Source of the DNA: Callorhinchus milii
Lineage: Eukaryota
NCBI RefSeq assembly: GCF_018977255.1
Contig: NW_024704742.1
Location: 75,332,001 to 75,396,000, forward strand
Direction of reading: 5' to 3'
Length of the DNA stretch: 64,000 nt
Shown here: in pieces, positions 11,648 through 26,029 of the stretch
Layout of the letters: every line of letters begins with the position of its first letter
Numbering within the stretch: position 1 is the stretch's first letter
Notes under the pieces: generated by a model
What the model saw: only the letters and a program-made list of their open reading frames with translations
What the model was told of the DNA's origin: nothing
Database searches by the model: none
Position numbers and translations under genes: made by a program

Positions 11648-11873
11648 GAATTCTGCTGCAATGGGACACACCTGTTACTGTTATGTTCTGTTGAGAGCAA
11701 TACCATCTGCAGTGTACATTATTTTGGTTACCTCCCTACGTTACCATCTATTTGTCTGGAGTGTTTTTTCCCCTAAACTGCTTTATGAGGGCATGCATAC
11801 ATTTGTAGCCACAGGAATTTGTGTCGTCTTCACAGCCATGGATCAGAAACGGTTGCTGAAGACCGAATGTTAG
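11648..11873 (+). CDS. PIGG: PIGG terminal coding exon
   Basis: attccag| acceptor; encodes NSAAMGHTCYCY...LRYHLFVWSVFSPKLLYEGMH, the conserved C-terminal motif of PIGG/PIGO-type transferases; stop TAG at 11871-11873. Confidence 0.95.
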
Positions 11874-12284
11874 GAAAAGGAAGCAAAAATAACTGGTTGG
11901 ACTTCCTGAATCTGAAGTTCTGGTATTAACATTTATTGAGCTGAAAGCTGTATTGGATAAAGTTTTCAAAGACTCGAATGTATTTAAATTTTTTGATTGT
12001 TTTTTGTAAATTAGTTTGTATTTGAAGATTATTCCAGCCCTAGTTTGTATTTGAAGATTTAATAATGAGGAAAATTACATGATCTTTTTATTTATTGTTT
12101 TTTAAGGAATTCATTGTTTTGTGGGAAAATACTTCTATTTGGGGTGAAATTAGAGCGTATTAGAGAAAACTGGACATTGTTGCTTTACACAGCTATATTG
12201 TCTCTCTAACCCTACCGATTGTGTTGTAAACTAGTTTGTATGAATTAAGATTGTACAGACTTTAACTTTGTTAAAGGCATTTTC

Positions 12285-12357
12285 AATAAATTAAATTGAA
12301 AAGATTAATTCTATAAAAGTAATTAGTTATATATGAGCTCATGTATAAATGAATAAA
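12285..12357 (+). promoter_or_regulatory. Candidate PIGG polyadenylation signals
   Basis: AATAAA at 12285-12290 and 12352-12357 in AT-rich sequence about 400-480 bp after the stop. Confidence 0.5.
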
Positions 12358-12954
12358 TGAATGAACAAATTAGAATTCCACGTTGCAGTGTTCCATAGTG
12401 TCTTTGAAACCAGGTAGAATTATTAAATAGAATACAAATGTTATATTTTTGCTTAAAATTACATCAAGAGATCTTGTGTCTTTATGAAATTACTCCGATT
12501 ATTAATAATTTCATAGCAAGAGATGGTCCACCATCAACAGTGGATAAATTTACACCTGCTTAGCTTTGCCAGATTCGTCTCTTCTTAGTCCTCAGCTCCT
12601 AGAGCCTCCACGTATCTTTCCTCTGCGAGATTTCATTTAGATATTGCACTCAATTCATAAACCTTCACAATCTTTCATACCCTATATCTGCAGTTTCCTG
12701 CTCCACCTCAATTCCTGACTACTGCTTATTCTTTACTCTCTCCCTTCCACCATTGATGGCCGAGCCTTCAACCCCTATGACCTTGCTCTTCATTCTTCAC
12801 ATTGCGCCCTATCTCCCGACTCCCAAATTCCTTTAAAACGTATCTCCTTGATCAAACCTTTCGTGAACACCCGCAATCTTCTTTCTTCGGTAATTGTTTG
12901 TTTCAAGACATTCAAGAGGCAAGATAGACATAAAAGTGCATTTTGTTGGTAATA

Positions 12955-13370
12955 CAATTATCCTTTTATGTGTTATAGAGTCATTTCAAAAGCGCTTCTC
13001 AGGCTATATTGTAAAGTGCAGTGACTATTTTGTGGATGAATGTAACAGCCAATTTGTGCCCAGCAATGTCCCATAAACAGCCATAGAGTGAGTGACCAAT
13101 TTTATCTGTGGGATTGTTGGCCAGGACAATGGGAGAAACTCCCTTCTCTTCGAAAAATGCCTTGAGATCTTTAACATCCACCTGAATAGGGGGACAGGGC
13201 TTTGATTTAACATCTCACACGAAGGGCAACACCTCCGACAATGCAGCACACTCCCAGTACTGCATTGAATTAACAGCTTAGACGATGAATTCCAAGTCGC
13301 AATGTGGGATTTGAAACCACAAACTTCTGACTCAGAGGCGAGAGTACAACCAACTGAGCCAAGCTGACAC
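12955..13370 (-). mobile_element. Older Deu-domain SINE family (other copies ~17780-18168, 21928-22345, 39574-39940, 40655-41390, 42915-43440, 45668-45975, 52250-52665, 53925-54280, 55966-56352, 58790-59225)
   Basis: Recurring gtgtcagc..ggctcagttggtagcactct..cctctgagtcagaaggttgtgggttcaa head and ttcaggtggatgttaaagatccca...tggccaaca body, resembling DeuSINE/SacSINE-type elements; boundaries approximate. Confidence 0.75.
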
Positions 13371-15199
13371 AGTTGGTAGCACTCTTGGGACAACATCAGA
13401 AATAACATCTTAGAGGAGATCATTCATCTTTTCCTGACATCTCAACACAGCGCAGTGGTTGGAGAATAGCTATAGCTGAATTACTTAGTAATTTACTGAA
13501 TTCTAAGGCAGGAGCATTTTCTTACTAAAACGTTCAAATTCAGAGTCTATCTTATATGGTTCCTTACATTTACAGGCTTATCTTTATGTCCACACTGGGG
13601 AAAATAATATGAAATAAACTCAGGGATGCAATGTCAGGAAGAAAAAGGTTGTATGCATATAGATGAGGTTTGTGCACGATTTTAGCTCAGTTACAATTTA
13701 GAGTTGGAGACTGGGAGAGAGATTGAGACAAAAACACAAGGACAGACGACACAAAATGTGGAGCAAAAAAGGTAATTCATCCCTTCCACAGTTACATGAA
13801 ACATATTGTCATAAATTTTACCTCATCCACTCCATATACTGACACATTTCAGAGATCCTGAACTCCAAAGATAATCAACAAGTACAAACTGCAGAACCAT
13901 TCAACCCTGCTCTCCTCCCCTCCAGCCCATGGCCAGCATTGCAGAAATGATTACATCCCTGGAGTGCTCATTTATTTCAGTCTCCACCTATCCTCACATC
14001 CTCTAACATGATTCTCAGGAAGATCCAGTTCCAGCTTGGAAAGAATTAATCAACTTGGCAGGAACTGCTTTTGCTGTTTGACATATGCATTACTCTGGAG
14101 GGGAAATAATATTCTAATCTCTAGCTCTGTTTCAGCTTTTTAACTTTAAACCCATGCCTCTTACTTATGTGCTCATTAATTGGCACATTCTGACAACCAC
14201 TTTGCTCTTCCAATAGTGCTGTAACCTACTTTTTCACCGAATTGTACATACAAAAAGAGTGACCATCAAATAAGTGGTATGTATGTATTTTCAGGTGCAT
14301 TCACTAATATCCTCCAAGTGAGGGGGTGAGTGATTTATCCATTTTTTATGTACATCCATCCACATTTCTGACGGTAAAAGTGACTCACATTTCTTGACAG
14401 GAAACAGTTGTTGGGAAAACTCACAAAAATAACTTGATCTGTAGTGTATTGTTTACAAACTGTTCCACTCTACAATAAATCATCTTTTAGGAAAATTAGT
14501 AAACACTTCGCAAGGAACAGCAACAACAACAATTTCCTCGTACGTGTCACCTTTCAATAAGGGAGAATGTCTTAAAAGCACTTTACAAAGAGAGTGGGAG
14601 CCTGAGCTGGGGGGGGGGGGGGGGGGGGTGTGGAGGATAAACGCATAGTCAAAAAGATAGGTGTTAAGGTTTTGAAACCGGGAAGCGAGGAGAAATTTTA
14701 ATCCATATCTGCATAAACAACAGGGAGCGTAAAATGTATGCTAACTATTTTTGCATTGATCCCAGTTCTAGATCTTTTTCTGGCACTTTTTGTTAAAAAT
14801 CAATACATTTACCATTGTTAAGATTGAAAAAAGCCAGAATCAAACGTGTGCATTAGTGTGTCATTTTGGCATTAGTTGGAGCTCAGAAATACATCAGACA
14901 GATTCAAGGTGCTTTAAGTTTAAGTTTAAGTTCAACAAGTTTGTCCTGCGTGAAAATAAATCTGATCACAGGGCTGAGGGTTTGTTTAGAATGGGGATTG
15001 TCATCTGCTTACTGATCTCAACCTCTAGGGGCTGCTCTGGGTCCATCATGTAACAGATGGCATTAATCTAATCAGGTTAGGACTAAACAGCACACATTTA
15101 GACTATCTAATTGTACTGGTTAGATCAAATAAGGGAGGGTATTTGATTTTCGAATGATCTACTACTTGAAATTAAGTAAGCAGGATGTGTCTTTCCAGG

Positions 15200-15595
15200 G
15201 AGACTGAGGGTAACCTGATTGAGGTTTTCAAAATTATGAGGGGTTTTGATAGTCAATAGCAAGAAATTATTTCCAGAGGGCATCAATTTAAGAAACTGTA
15301 GTTAGTAAATGACAACAACAACAAAAATACATTTATGCAGCCCCTTTCATGTCGGAAGGACGTCTGGAAAACGAGCAAATGGGGAGGTTAGGAGAATTTT
15401 TTTCACGCACAGATTAGTTAGGGTATGGAATGCCCTGCCGGGGGTGGTGGTTGGTGCAAAATCCACATTGGTTTTCAAGAGGGAATTCAACATTAAAAAG
15501 AGTCAGTTACAGGGGTATGGGTAAAGGGCAGAGGGAGCCAGCACAGACACAATGGGCTGAATAACCATAACTTGCCGTAACTTACTATTGTTCTA
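15200..15595 (+). mobile_element. CR1 3' fragment
   Basis: RLRGNLIEVFKIMRGFD and FFTHRLVRVWNALP motifs. Confidence 0.7.
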
Positions 15596-16929
15596 TCAAA
15601 TACTATAGTTTGGAAGATACATTTGCCGATGAGCTGAAATATGTGGTGGAAATGTATTTATTTGTTTTATTTATTTGTAGCTGTAAACTTAAAAGAAACT
15701 GGCTTCCTTAGGAGAGAGGCCATACACTTTGATGGCTTACAATCTCCACTCAGAGATTTTCTGGACATGCCCTATGTGTTGTTTTAGAAGCACGTATCAT
15801 CCCAGGAGCAAATGGGGTCAGAGGTAAACTGTTCCAGTCCACAATAAATCATTATTGGTCACCATGGGGAGTCTCTTTGTCTAGAAGTGTTCCGTGAGCA
15901 GCTGCGCATATGTAAAATGATCGGTCCCTAGCTGACGGAAAAGTAAGAGTCCAAGAAAGGCATTTGCCAAGCCTATGAGGAAGGACTTGAAGCGAGAGAT
16001 TACAGGCAAGTTTCTGATCAGTAAAATAAGTAAATCATAACTTCATTGTTTTCCTCATACTCTTTAATATCTTTTTTCAATGATAGTAATAATAATCCTT
16101 ACAGTTAGCACAGCGTCTTTCACATCAGGAAGATGTCCCAGAGCACGTCACAGGATATACTGAAAAGTGGAGTGTTTTGCAGGCAAATCGGGCAGCCATC
16201 TTGCTCAAGCAATGTCCCACAAACAGTCATAGAAGTAAATGACCAATTTTAATTAATTATATTTAAAATTCACTTTTAATTATTATGGATAGATTCAATT
16301 GTCATTTGTGACAAAGAATTTCATGTTTTATTTCTGTAGCCAAATGTGCTCCGTGGTCCTCAGCCTGTTTTTTTTAAAAAACTTTTTATTTTTAACACTA
16401 TTTTTTATTACAATCGGTCTTTACAGTTGGTCTTTTGTGAAAAATTAGGCAGATTTTAGTTAGAAAACTATGGCAATACACAACTTTGTGATAAACTCTA
16501 GCCATGTTGTATTGTGGGAAGGACACAGATCCCAAACAAGATCATCAATCAAACATGGACATAAGAGATCACAATAAAAAAAAATTCCTGGGGTCTGTCC
16601 TGAATTGCCCGTTGCAACTCTAAACCACGTTCTTTCTTTCTACCCACTTTGTGCATTCCAAAGTACTGTCCTGGATTTACTTTGTCAATCCTATTTAAAA
16701 TTTGATATACCTTAATACGGTCGTCTCTGACATGTCTCCTGTCAAGTCTAGAGAGCCCTAGTTTGTCCCTGATAGCTCATTCCTCTAACACTGGGCACCA
16801 TGGTTGTTGCTCTCCTCTGCACCGTCTCCGGCCCCTGGGTAGCCCCCTTATGCGGCGGTGACTAGAATTTTATACAGAACTGGTCTAGGCCATCATAGTG
16901 GATAAAGAGGATTAATGTACAGGGCTCCT

Positions 16930-17240
16930 TTAATCCTTGCATTTGTTATAGCGCTTTTCACGTCGGGAGGACGTCCCAAAGCGCTTCACAGAATATACTG
17001 TAAAGTGAATTGACTGTATATTTGTGGGCGAACGCGGCAGCCAATTGCGCACAGCAATGTCCCACAAACAGTCGTAGATTGAAAATGACCAATTTATTAT
17101 TGTTTTTGGTTTTGGAGGGATTATTATTAGGCTCTGTGTGGAGTAAGGAAACTTGCCCAAGGTTTCGCCCTCTGCCTGGAATTGAACTCAGGTCTCTCGC
17201 TTGCAAAGCGAGTGCTCTAACCACTGAGCTACAGGACTCC
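16930..17240 (-). mobile_element. Young tRNA-Ala SINE
   Basis: Full head with anticodon arm CTCGC-TTTGCAA-GCGAG (TGC = Ala); near-identical to 48022-48347. Confidence 0.93.
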
Positions 17241-18439
17241 TGGCTCATAAGTGAGTGAACAACAGGTGTAGAAACCTCCCTGATTATAATACCGTGTTGT
17301 TTTGAACTTTTTCCACTGGTTTACATATTGGTGTGGTTGTAAATTATGGTTACATTGTATATCATCTGCAGATCTGCCTGCAGATGCTATACATCTTGTT
17401 ATCTAGTTGTAAACATTGCTGGAGTAAGGGCTGTATTGAGACAATGGGAAAGGATGGATGAATAATCCCTTTTAAGATGTTATTTATCATGTTGCCCCAA
17501 CAGCAATAAAAATATGCACTTATTTTTGAATGTCGTGAAACAGAAATGAACAAAACATCTTCGGTTCTACAACACTATTACATCCTTTCTTTGTAACGTT
17601 GGCAGCAGATGGTGACCTGCATGAATCCACCCTGGAGCAACCAGAGCCATGGAATTACTTTGCTCTCTCCATTTACAAGTAAAAATCAATCCTAACCATT
17701 GCTCAGAGCCATGTGAACTGTTTTCAGGGGAATTTTTAACTCACTGTGAAGAGTGGTGTGTTTAACTATCGGCAGGCCATTTGACGCAGAGGATTATGAT
17801 TTCAAGCCCCACATCTGGACTTGGAACTCGCAGTCTAAGCAACTGCTGGGGAAGTGCTGCATTGTCAAAGGTGCCATCCTTCAGATGAGACATTAAACGA
17901 GGTCCGTCTGCCTGTCCAGGTACACATTTAAAGATCCCAAGGCACTACTCAAAAAGAAAAGGGAATGTCTCCCGGCGTCCTGGCCAACAATCTCCCAAAT
18001 AAAATTGTTCCTTTGTTTCATAGCAGTTTGTAGGACATTGCTGTATGAAAATTGGCTGCTGCATTTGCACACAAAAATGCAGTAATTTCAGTTTACAGTA
18101 CTGTATATCATGTCAAGCGTTTTGATGCAATGTGGAAGGCGCAATCTCAAATGTACAATTATTATTATTCCTTATCCTCATCTAATCTGCACACTGTTGT
18201 CGTTGACTAGTCACTGGGGGTAAGGAATCATCCCACTCAGGTCCTGTTAACCCTGCAGCCAATGCCCTGATGGAAGGTAGTCCTAGCTGGACAATCAGCA
18301 GGAAATCTTGCCAGACAGCAATATCAACGGCAAGCTATGTGGTTTTAGCTGGTTAGATTCTAGCAGTTACCCCAATGCACATTCGGAGGTCCCCAAGCCT
18401 TGGCATTTGTCAACCTGCGCCTAATACTTTCCGGAATTA

Positions 18440-18840
18440 GGTAAACAGAATGCACCCCTCCAGGGAGAGAGTGAGAATGAGATTAGACAAGCTAGGGCTC
18501 TTCAGTCCTGAAAGGAGATATCTCAAAGGGAAACTTATTGTTGTATATAAAAATTTAGTGGGATCGAGACAGTAAACGCAGAACTATATTTTCGGATGCA
18601 CCGAGGTAGTAGAACAAGTGGATTCAAGTTTAGAGTTGCAAAGGGCAGTTTTAGAACAAACATCAGTAAATTGTTCTTTAAACCGGTTACCAGGAAGGGT
18701 GTTTGTGGTCAGGACACTGGAGATTTAAATAGCAGCTCAGTGCTGTGATGGGAAAAAGATTGGGTGGGGATCTCATCTAGAAGGATGAGATCAAATGGTC
18801 TGAAAGATCTTCTTTATCCAAACAAATGTTGTGATCTTGT
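18440..18840 (+). mobile_element. Old CR1 3' fragment
   Basis: RLDKLGLFSPERR motif and a CR1-type 3' UTR. Confidence 0.6.
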
Positions 18841-19229
18841 GATACAGCAAAATGTGATTCTCACTCAGTGCTGAGGAATGTCAGATCCTCATTGTTGACA
18901 TTTCAGTCCCGGTGTGCCTTACATCTGACCTCCTAACTGCACCCATCAAAGTACTAGCATTGCATTTTCCATTTCCCACATCCTGTGGCTCCTCTGAGTG
19001 AGATTACCAATTTAGTGCCAAATTGAGGTTACATTTTGCTATGAGCCTACACCCACGCAGAACTGATTTGAATCTGTTAGAAACACATTTTAAATGAGAG
19101 AGTGCTGCATTGTCTGAGGAGCCGTCCTTCGGCTGAGATGTTAAAACAAGCTCCTTATCTGTGCCTGCCCAAGTGGACGTTAAAGACCACTGTGACACCA
19201 TTGGAAGGGAGTTTCTCTCACCCGATATA

Positions 19230-19563
19230 GCGTCCTCACTTTGCAGGCAAGAGGACCTGGGTTCAATCCCGGGCGGGGCGAAGCGTTGGGCAAGATTCCT
19301 TGCTCCACAAGCCTCTGTTTACCAAGCAGTGAGTGAGAACCCAGTTGTTAGTCGATGGCAGATCGCTTTTCTGGGGTAATAATCCCTTAAAAAAAAATTG
19401 GTTACTCAATCCACAATTGTTTGTGGAACACTGCTTGTGCGATTGGCTGCTGTGTTTCACCCACAAAGTATAGTCAATTCACTTTACAGTATATTCTGTG
19501 AAGTGCTTTGAGACATCTCGAAAATGTGATAAGGCGCTATATCGAATGCAAGGATTATTATTA
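19230..19563 (+). mobile_element. tRNA-derived SINE, long form
   Basis: Same family as 4793-5156. Confidence 0.85.
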
Positions 19564-20419
19564 TTTCACAGAGAACCCTTGCAACTGACAAAGGTTTTTA
19601 TCCCAACAGCCTGGGCTGTATTGGAACCAAGGTCACAGAAGTGAAGGACCACTCCAGCACTTGGCACCAATAAATGTTTTGCATTGCAAACTAAGCAATG
19701 CTAATGGATGAAAGTGAATGTGGCATTATTTGCTGCTGGCAGTAAAGGTGTGTAGAAGAGTCCAGAATGAAGGAGAGATGACCACATTTCTTTGAGCCTG
19801 AATTATTCATTAAAGTTAGACAGTTTTTTGGAGCTCAAGCAGCAGTAGTTAATCATAAGGATCACCATTGAAAAAAAACTTTGAAAAAATTCATCGGGCT
19901 GCAAGACTGCAGACAAGTGAATAATGACCAAAACAAACAGATTTTGTGCTTACAGATTCACTGTTTGGATGGTCGCCCCAAAGTTCTTCACAGAATACGA
20001 TAGAAAGTGCAATAACTGTGTGTTGCGGATGAACCCAGCAGCCAACATCCATTATTATGCCTCCATAAGGCTGGAGGCATAATAATGCATGTCTGCAAGG
20101 TGTTCCCAGAAGAATATCCCTCATACCCAGAATCCAAAATCTCTTGGCAAACAGCAAACACAATTGCAATACATTCTGCACAAAAGGTAACCTAAGCAGT
20201 ATGTCTGTATACAAGTCTAATATGCCTTCAGAAAGTCCTTTGCACAATACATCACAACATTTCACTTGCATATATAACATACTGTATAAATATACATATA
20301 GTGGTGCCACTCCTATCTATCCCAGCATCTCCATTTTGTCGCATGCACAGTATCCTTGGTCCTTTCTTCTTCATTCTCCACATGCTCCCACTCACAGGTG
20401 CCATCCATCACTACCTGTT

Positions 20420-21020
20420 CTTAAGGCCACTGAGATGAGAACCTCATCCACACCATTATCACATCCAGGCCCGACTATGCCTACAGTTTGCTCAATGGAG
20501 TGTCCAACTCTTCCCTACTCAGGCTACAGATTATTCAGAATGCTGCAGCCCATGTCCTCTCCTGCACCAGTCTCTGTGTGCCGTTCACCCTAATCTTCAC
20601 TTGGCTCCAATGACTCTCCATTCCCCCAGCGGATCAAGTTTAAGATCTTTGCTTTTACATTCAAATCCCTCCTTGGTCTCACCCCACCCTTCCTCTGTGA
20701 CATCCTTCAACCCTACCAGCCTATCTGCTCCCTTCGCTCAGCGAACACTAGCCTGCTTCATGTCTGCTGTCCTATCCACCATACCATCAGTGGACAGACT
20801 TTCAGCCATTCTGCCCCTGCTTTCTGGAACTCTGCCCGGAGTCCCTTTGACTCCCTCCTTCTCTCATCTTGTTTCAAAACATTCCTCTTTGACTGCACAT
20901 TTGGTCATATTTCTGCTCCCCATCCCCCAGTTCCCACCCCTAGCTTTGGTGCCCAGTCAGCAGTGTCTCACAATTTGAGACACCCTCTCAATGTGTAAGG
21001 TGCTGTATAAATGTAAATTG
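20420..21020 (+). mobile_element. Old L2 3' fragment
   Basis: IQNAAA, IPQRIKFK and WNSLP-like motifs plus an L2-type tail. Confidence 0.75.
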
Positions 21021-24000
21021 CATTGTACGTATATTTATACAGTATATATACACAATGGTGCCAGTGATGTATAGACATATAACATGTAGGCAAAGCAGCA
21101 CAGTAAATGAACGTTGATTTTTATGGACTCTATCATGTCGAAATATCTCAGAGTGCCTCAGAGGTAGTTACAGTCAAGGTTAATGACAGATTTTGAAAGC
21201 AAAAGCATAGTCTTTACTCCAGCAAAGTCTCTCAGACAAACACGAGGACAGTATAAATTTCAGCTGTGATGCCCAACAGTTAAACAGCTCACTCTGGGCT
21301 CACATAGTACGAATAGTTATTTGGCTGCAATTGGGCTCAGAACAATTGGCAGAGTAGAGTAACTGTCAGCAATCTCCTATATAACGAGCGTTATTTTCCA
21401 TATTTCTGTAGGGCATATCTCCTGGTGTGGGAGGAGATCTGTCTAACTTACACCTGAGCTGGCCCTCCAGGTATCACCCCACACACAATTCTCCCATGGT
21501 GGATCTTCTGAACTTTGTTCAAATTCATAATCTAAACGTAAACATAATAATAAAATGTTAAAACCTGATTTAATATGACAATAAGACTGCTTGATTAGTC
21601 TTTTGTAGACTAGCATAAAAGGTGTAGTATACAATTGTACACAGTCACATTTAATTGTTTTCTACATGTATACAGCTCAGTAAACTACTTTAGAAAGTAA
21701 TAGGAGAGGTTCTAGTTATCCGTCACTCATTTACGTGATTTGCCTGTAATGTGTTTCCAGTTTAAGTAAAAGACATTCATTTTGGTCACTTTTTCACCAC
21801 TGAAATTTCCTTCTCTCTGGCAATCTTCGGGTTTTGGAGTTGATTACTCAGCCTGGCGAGTTCACCCTCCAGGGTGTAAATGCAATGGTTTCTTGACTGT
21901 GATACTTTCTCAAGTGCTGATATTATTAATAATCCTTGTATTTGTTATAGCTCCTTTCACTTCAGGAGGAAATCTCAAAGCACTTCGCAGGGTTTACTGT
22001 AAAGTATAGTGACTGTGTATTTTGTAGGCAAATGCGGCAGCCAATTTGTGCACAGCAGTGTCTCAATGCTGCCATAAAGTGAATGACCAATTTTATTGGG
22101 GGTATCATTGGCCAGGACACCAGGAGAAACTCCCTTCTCTTTTGAATAGTGCAATGGGATCTTTAACATTCATCTGAATAGATAGATGGGACCTCAGTTT
22201 AACATCTCATTTGAATGAGGGCATCTCTAACAACGCAACACTCCCCTGGAGTGTCAGCCTAGACTGTGAGTTCATATGTGGCGCTTTAACCCACAACCTT
22301 CTAACTCAAAGGCATGAGTGTTACCAACTGAGCCAGGCTAACACCCAATCCATTCAGGTGGAATAGGGTTTTGAAAGGCAATGTGGAGATGAGGATGTGT
22401 GCTGTCTGATTTAACCAAGGAGGATTTAAATATCAAAGTACAATCCAGTATAGAATTCCACCCTCTTGTAACAATTTAAATGAAACGTTTCATGCACACA
22501 TGCTTTTGGCATTTAAAAGAAAACATTTAATGTGAGTAATCAAATCATTTATTATTTATTAGAGATTTACTGTTACTAGCCATGAAATTTCATGGCTTGC
22601 AAGAGAATAAATGAGTAAATCGAAATCAGTTGCATCCTGATTAAATCAATATTTCTGGTCTGAGAGAAGTTTTAAATACTTCTCTTTCTAATCCTTATGT
22701 GCATTATAATCTGGTAATAAACAAACTTTATGCAAAGTCGCATTCTCAAATGTGATTACCAACTCCAATGGCAAACATTAAATGGGAAAAGTCAATAATA
22801 TGTTAAGCAGAAAGTACATTTCAAATTAAACATTAACTACAATATATCCAAAAATAAAATTCATGCAAAGTAACAAGTATGCTTATTGTCCCTGTCTATT
22901 ATGCAGCATTATCCAAATGCTTCCAAGTGTACTATGGGCTTAGAAAGAATAATTGCAAGGAGTAATCTCCGTCTCAATGGAACAAGCACCCAAGATTTAG
23001 GATTGCTGAAAAAAACGTGTGCTTTTTATAGTGAATATTGGTAGCCATGGACTGAAATGATTTAAAGAGATAGTTCCTATCTAATACATATATTGTTAAA
23101 TATAATAATACAAAAAGCACCTTGGGATGTCCTCCCAACATGAAAGGCGCTACATAAATGTAAATTTGTATTGTAATTTGTATAACATACAAAATAATAG
23201 ACAATCAAGAATGAATGACAGATTTTATATTAATGCAAAATCTCCTTTATTGGATTTGAGCTTTGTTCACTCACGGCTTTGAAACACATTCAGGACCCAA
23301 ACTGAATATAAGTCTTTAAATCACCATATTGTGTTATATATCTATATGCTTATGTAAATACTATATATATATATACTTTTCAAAGATTCAGCTTCCTAAA
23401 CATATAATTAATAACAGACAAGGGGCATTGTGATCTACATCTCTACACATATACAGAAACTTTGACTCTTTCACGTTATTGCGGTTTTATTGCACATCTT
23501 CAATGTTTCCCTGGAGATTGATGCCACATATTGCTCACTGCCACTTTCAAATGATCAACAATTTACAAGTAACTGTGGAGTGATGCATATCATAATAACT
23601 TCATAATACAAAGACACGTTCATGCATGCACTTCAAATTAAACATTAACTACAGTATATCTGAAAATAAAATGCTTGCAAAGTCCATATCCCTTCTTTCC
23701 CTCACAAACGTCTCAGCCTCTCTGTTTTAGCAGGCCTTTTCCTACTGCAGGATGTTTCCAGCAGCTGTATTCATTTCATTTTCTAATATAGCTTCAAATC
23801 TGGTAAAGTAACCACCTCTATTCTGCAAACACCTGCGGTCAACAATCATCCTGGAGCAGTCTGTGCCGATTTTTCATAATAAATCATCTCTATTAGGCTG
23901 TCTACACACAATTAACACAACCAGTGGCCACACTTTATTAGCCCTGTTAGTGTCTGGACATTCGGCATTGCCTTTTCAGCAGTCAGATCTGGTCCAATGG

Positions 24001-26029
24001 GCTGCTCAGCCTTGGTGTGTGGTAGATGTCTATTCATAATTTTTTGGCAATGTTTTTGCTGCAACGACAACACATTATATGAAACACCACTCACTCCCAT
24101 CAATTATGCTATATCTGTTTAAGAAATAGCTAACCAGCCATCACTTAATCGTATCACACTGGTGTAGTTTGCGACATTTCGTAACATGTTCCTTCTGTTA
24201 AATAACAGGAAAACGTCATTGCTTTAATGTGTACTGGGGAGTATTGACCCATCAATCAATCAACTGATCTGTCATGAGATCATACGATTTGTTTGGATTA
24301 AGAAGTTCAAGTTCAAGCTGCTTTTTAAATGAATCCAGTGTCCCGGCCTCTACCAATTTTCCTGTTCCAGTCATTGATTAACCTCTACGTAAAGAAAAAC
24401 TTCCTGGGATCTAACCTGAAAATCATTCAAATCCCTCCCACTCCCCCTCAACACAATAATTAGAGGCAGAGAGAATCTTGATTTTAAATTCTAAATTTGG
24501 GCCAAAACATGGTGTTTCAATGCCAGATATCAGGAAATTGACTGAATTAAATCGGCTTCCTGTAATATTTTTAACGGACAACCTGCCTCAATTAATGTTC
24601 AAAGGTGGGAAGACAGGTTGGTAAAGCTGTGAAGTAAGATGCTGGATTTTATACTCGGAGCATATTGATATGCATGGTCTTCTAATGTGCTTGTACATTT
24701 CTATGGTTCTATCACAGACACCTGTCGCAGTTTTCACAAATTAGGAGCTAGCATTTCAAGTGCAGTGGATGGAGCTGCACATGATTGACAGGTCAGAGAA
24801 ATCGGGGTTGAGTTGTACTCTATTAATGTAACATTTAAGAGCGTTCAGAGTTTATCGAATTCTTACATACAGCCTCTAATTTTGAAGCCATTTTTCTGTA
24901 TTTTTTTTTACTTACTGCAGAAAACCAGGTGCTGATTTGCCAAAATCTGGAAGATCTAAAATTCTATGTTAATCCAGGTGGAATTTTATCCCAGTAGTGT
25001 GTGATGTTGATCAAAATTAGGAATACATTATGAAATGCTGCAAACTTTACCCAGTATTTCACTTCCAAATCAAACTATGGCTATACTTGATTAGATACGT
25101 AGTTCAATAAGGCATCACTTGTAGCACTGTTTCAGAATTGTTCCTATAAATTAACATTGAAACATATGGAGTATGGGTTTGGTGCCTGGGCCTGTGGTCA
25201 TTTTTACATGAAAGATATTTATTAGTTGCCATGCCAAGCTGTGGCTAACAGGCGAGAGGCAAAAGTCTGATCAGCCCTTGCATGAGATGCACGATAAACT
25301 GTTGAGAGGAAATGTTGATCGCCTGTTCTTCACATTACATATTCCATACTGGTAAAATTCAAAGGGCAGATTTCCTGTGGTTTGGGCCTTTGTAGTTTGT
25401 GTTTTTTCCAGCAGCAGGTGTCATGGAGGAAAGACTGACTGGGAATGACTAACAGTGCATGTGCGTTTGTTTTATCAGCCTTGACAGGGTTTACCAAAGT
25501 CTGGACATACAGAAAGCAGTGGGTGTCTTTGGAATTCTGATTTTAGCCCACGTGAGGTAGACTGCATAACTGGCTTGCAGAGTCGGATGTGAGTTAGACA
25601 GAATTGAATGAAACTAATGTGGTATAAAATATAATGTAATTGCCTTCCTCTCCATGCTGTCCTGGGTGCAAATTGTTCCCCATTTCCCTAATTATTGTCT
25701 TTGCAAGACAAAGAGACAGTTCATACAAAACATTTGGCAATTGCTTCATATGCTGTAAACATCCTGTCTGATGGACACTGTGTACCTCATGCACTTTTTG
25801 AAATATTTATTCTAAACTCTTATTTTCCACTGAATATTCTGGAAACGATTACATGCATCTAAGGCACTTCAGTATTCCCTTGAAACGTATCTGAGGTGAC
25901 TCACTTCTGTTCAGAGTTTTTTGGCTGCCTCTTTGGAAACCGCACAGCAAAGAATGTGATCAACAATTGAGGCTTTAAAAACACATTGTAAGACAGTCAG
26001 CTCCGCAACTTATACATACATGATACCAA

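Noticed and set aside
14609..14628. Poly-G run, and the single N at 8895
   Set aside because: Simple homopolymer and an assembly ambiguity; no functional inference possible.
16930..17240. tRNA-Ala gene
   Set aside because: The tRNA-like head continues into a SINE body and tail and recurs many times; no complete acceptor stem.
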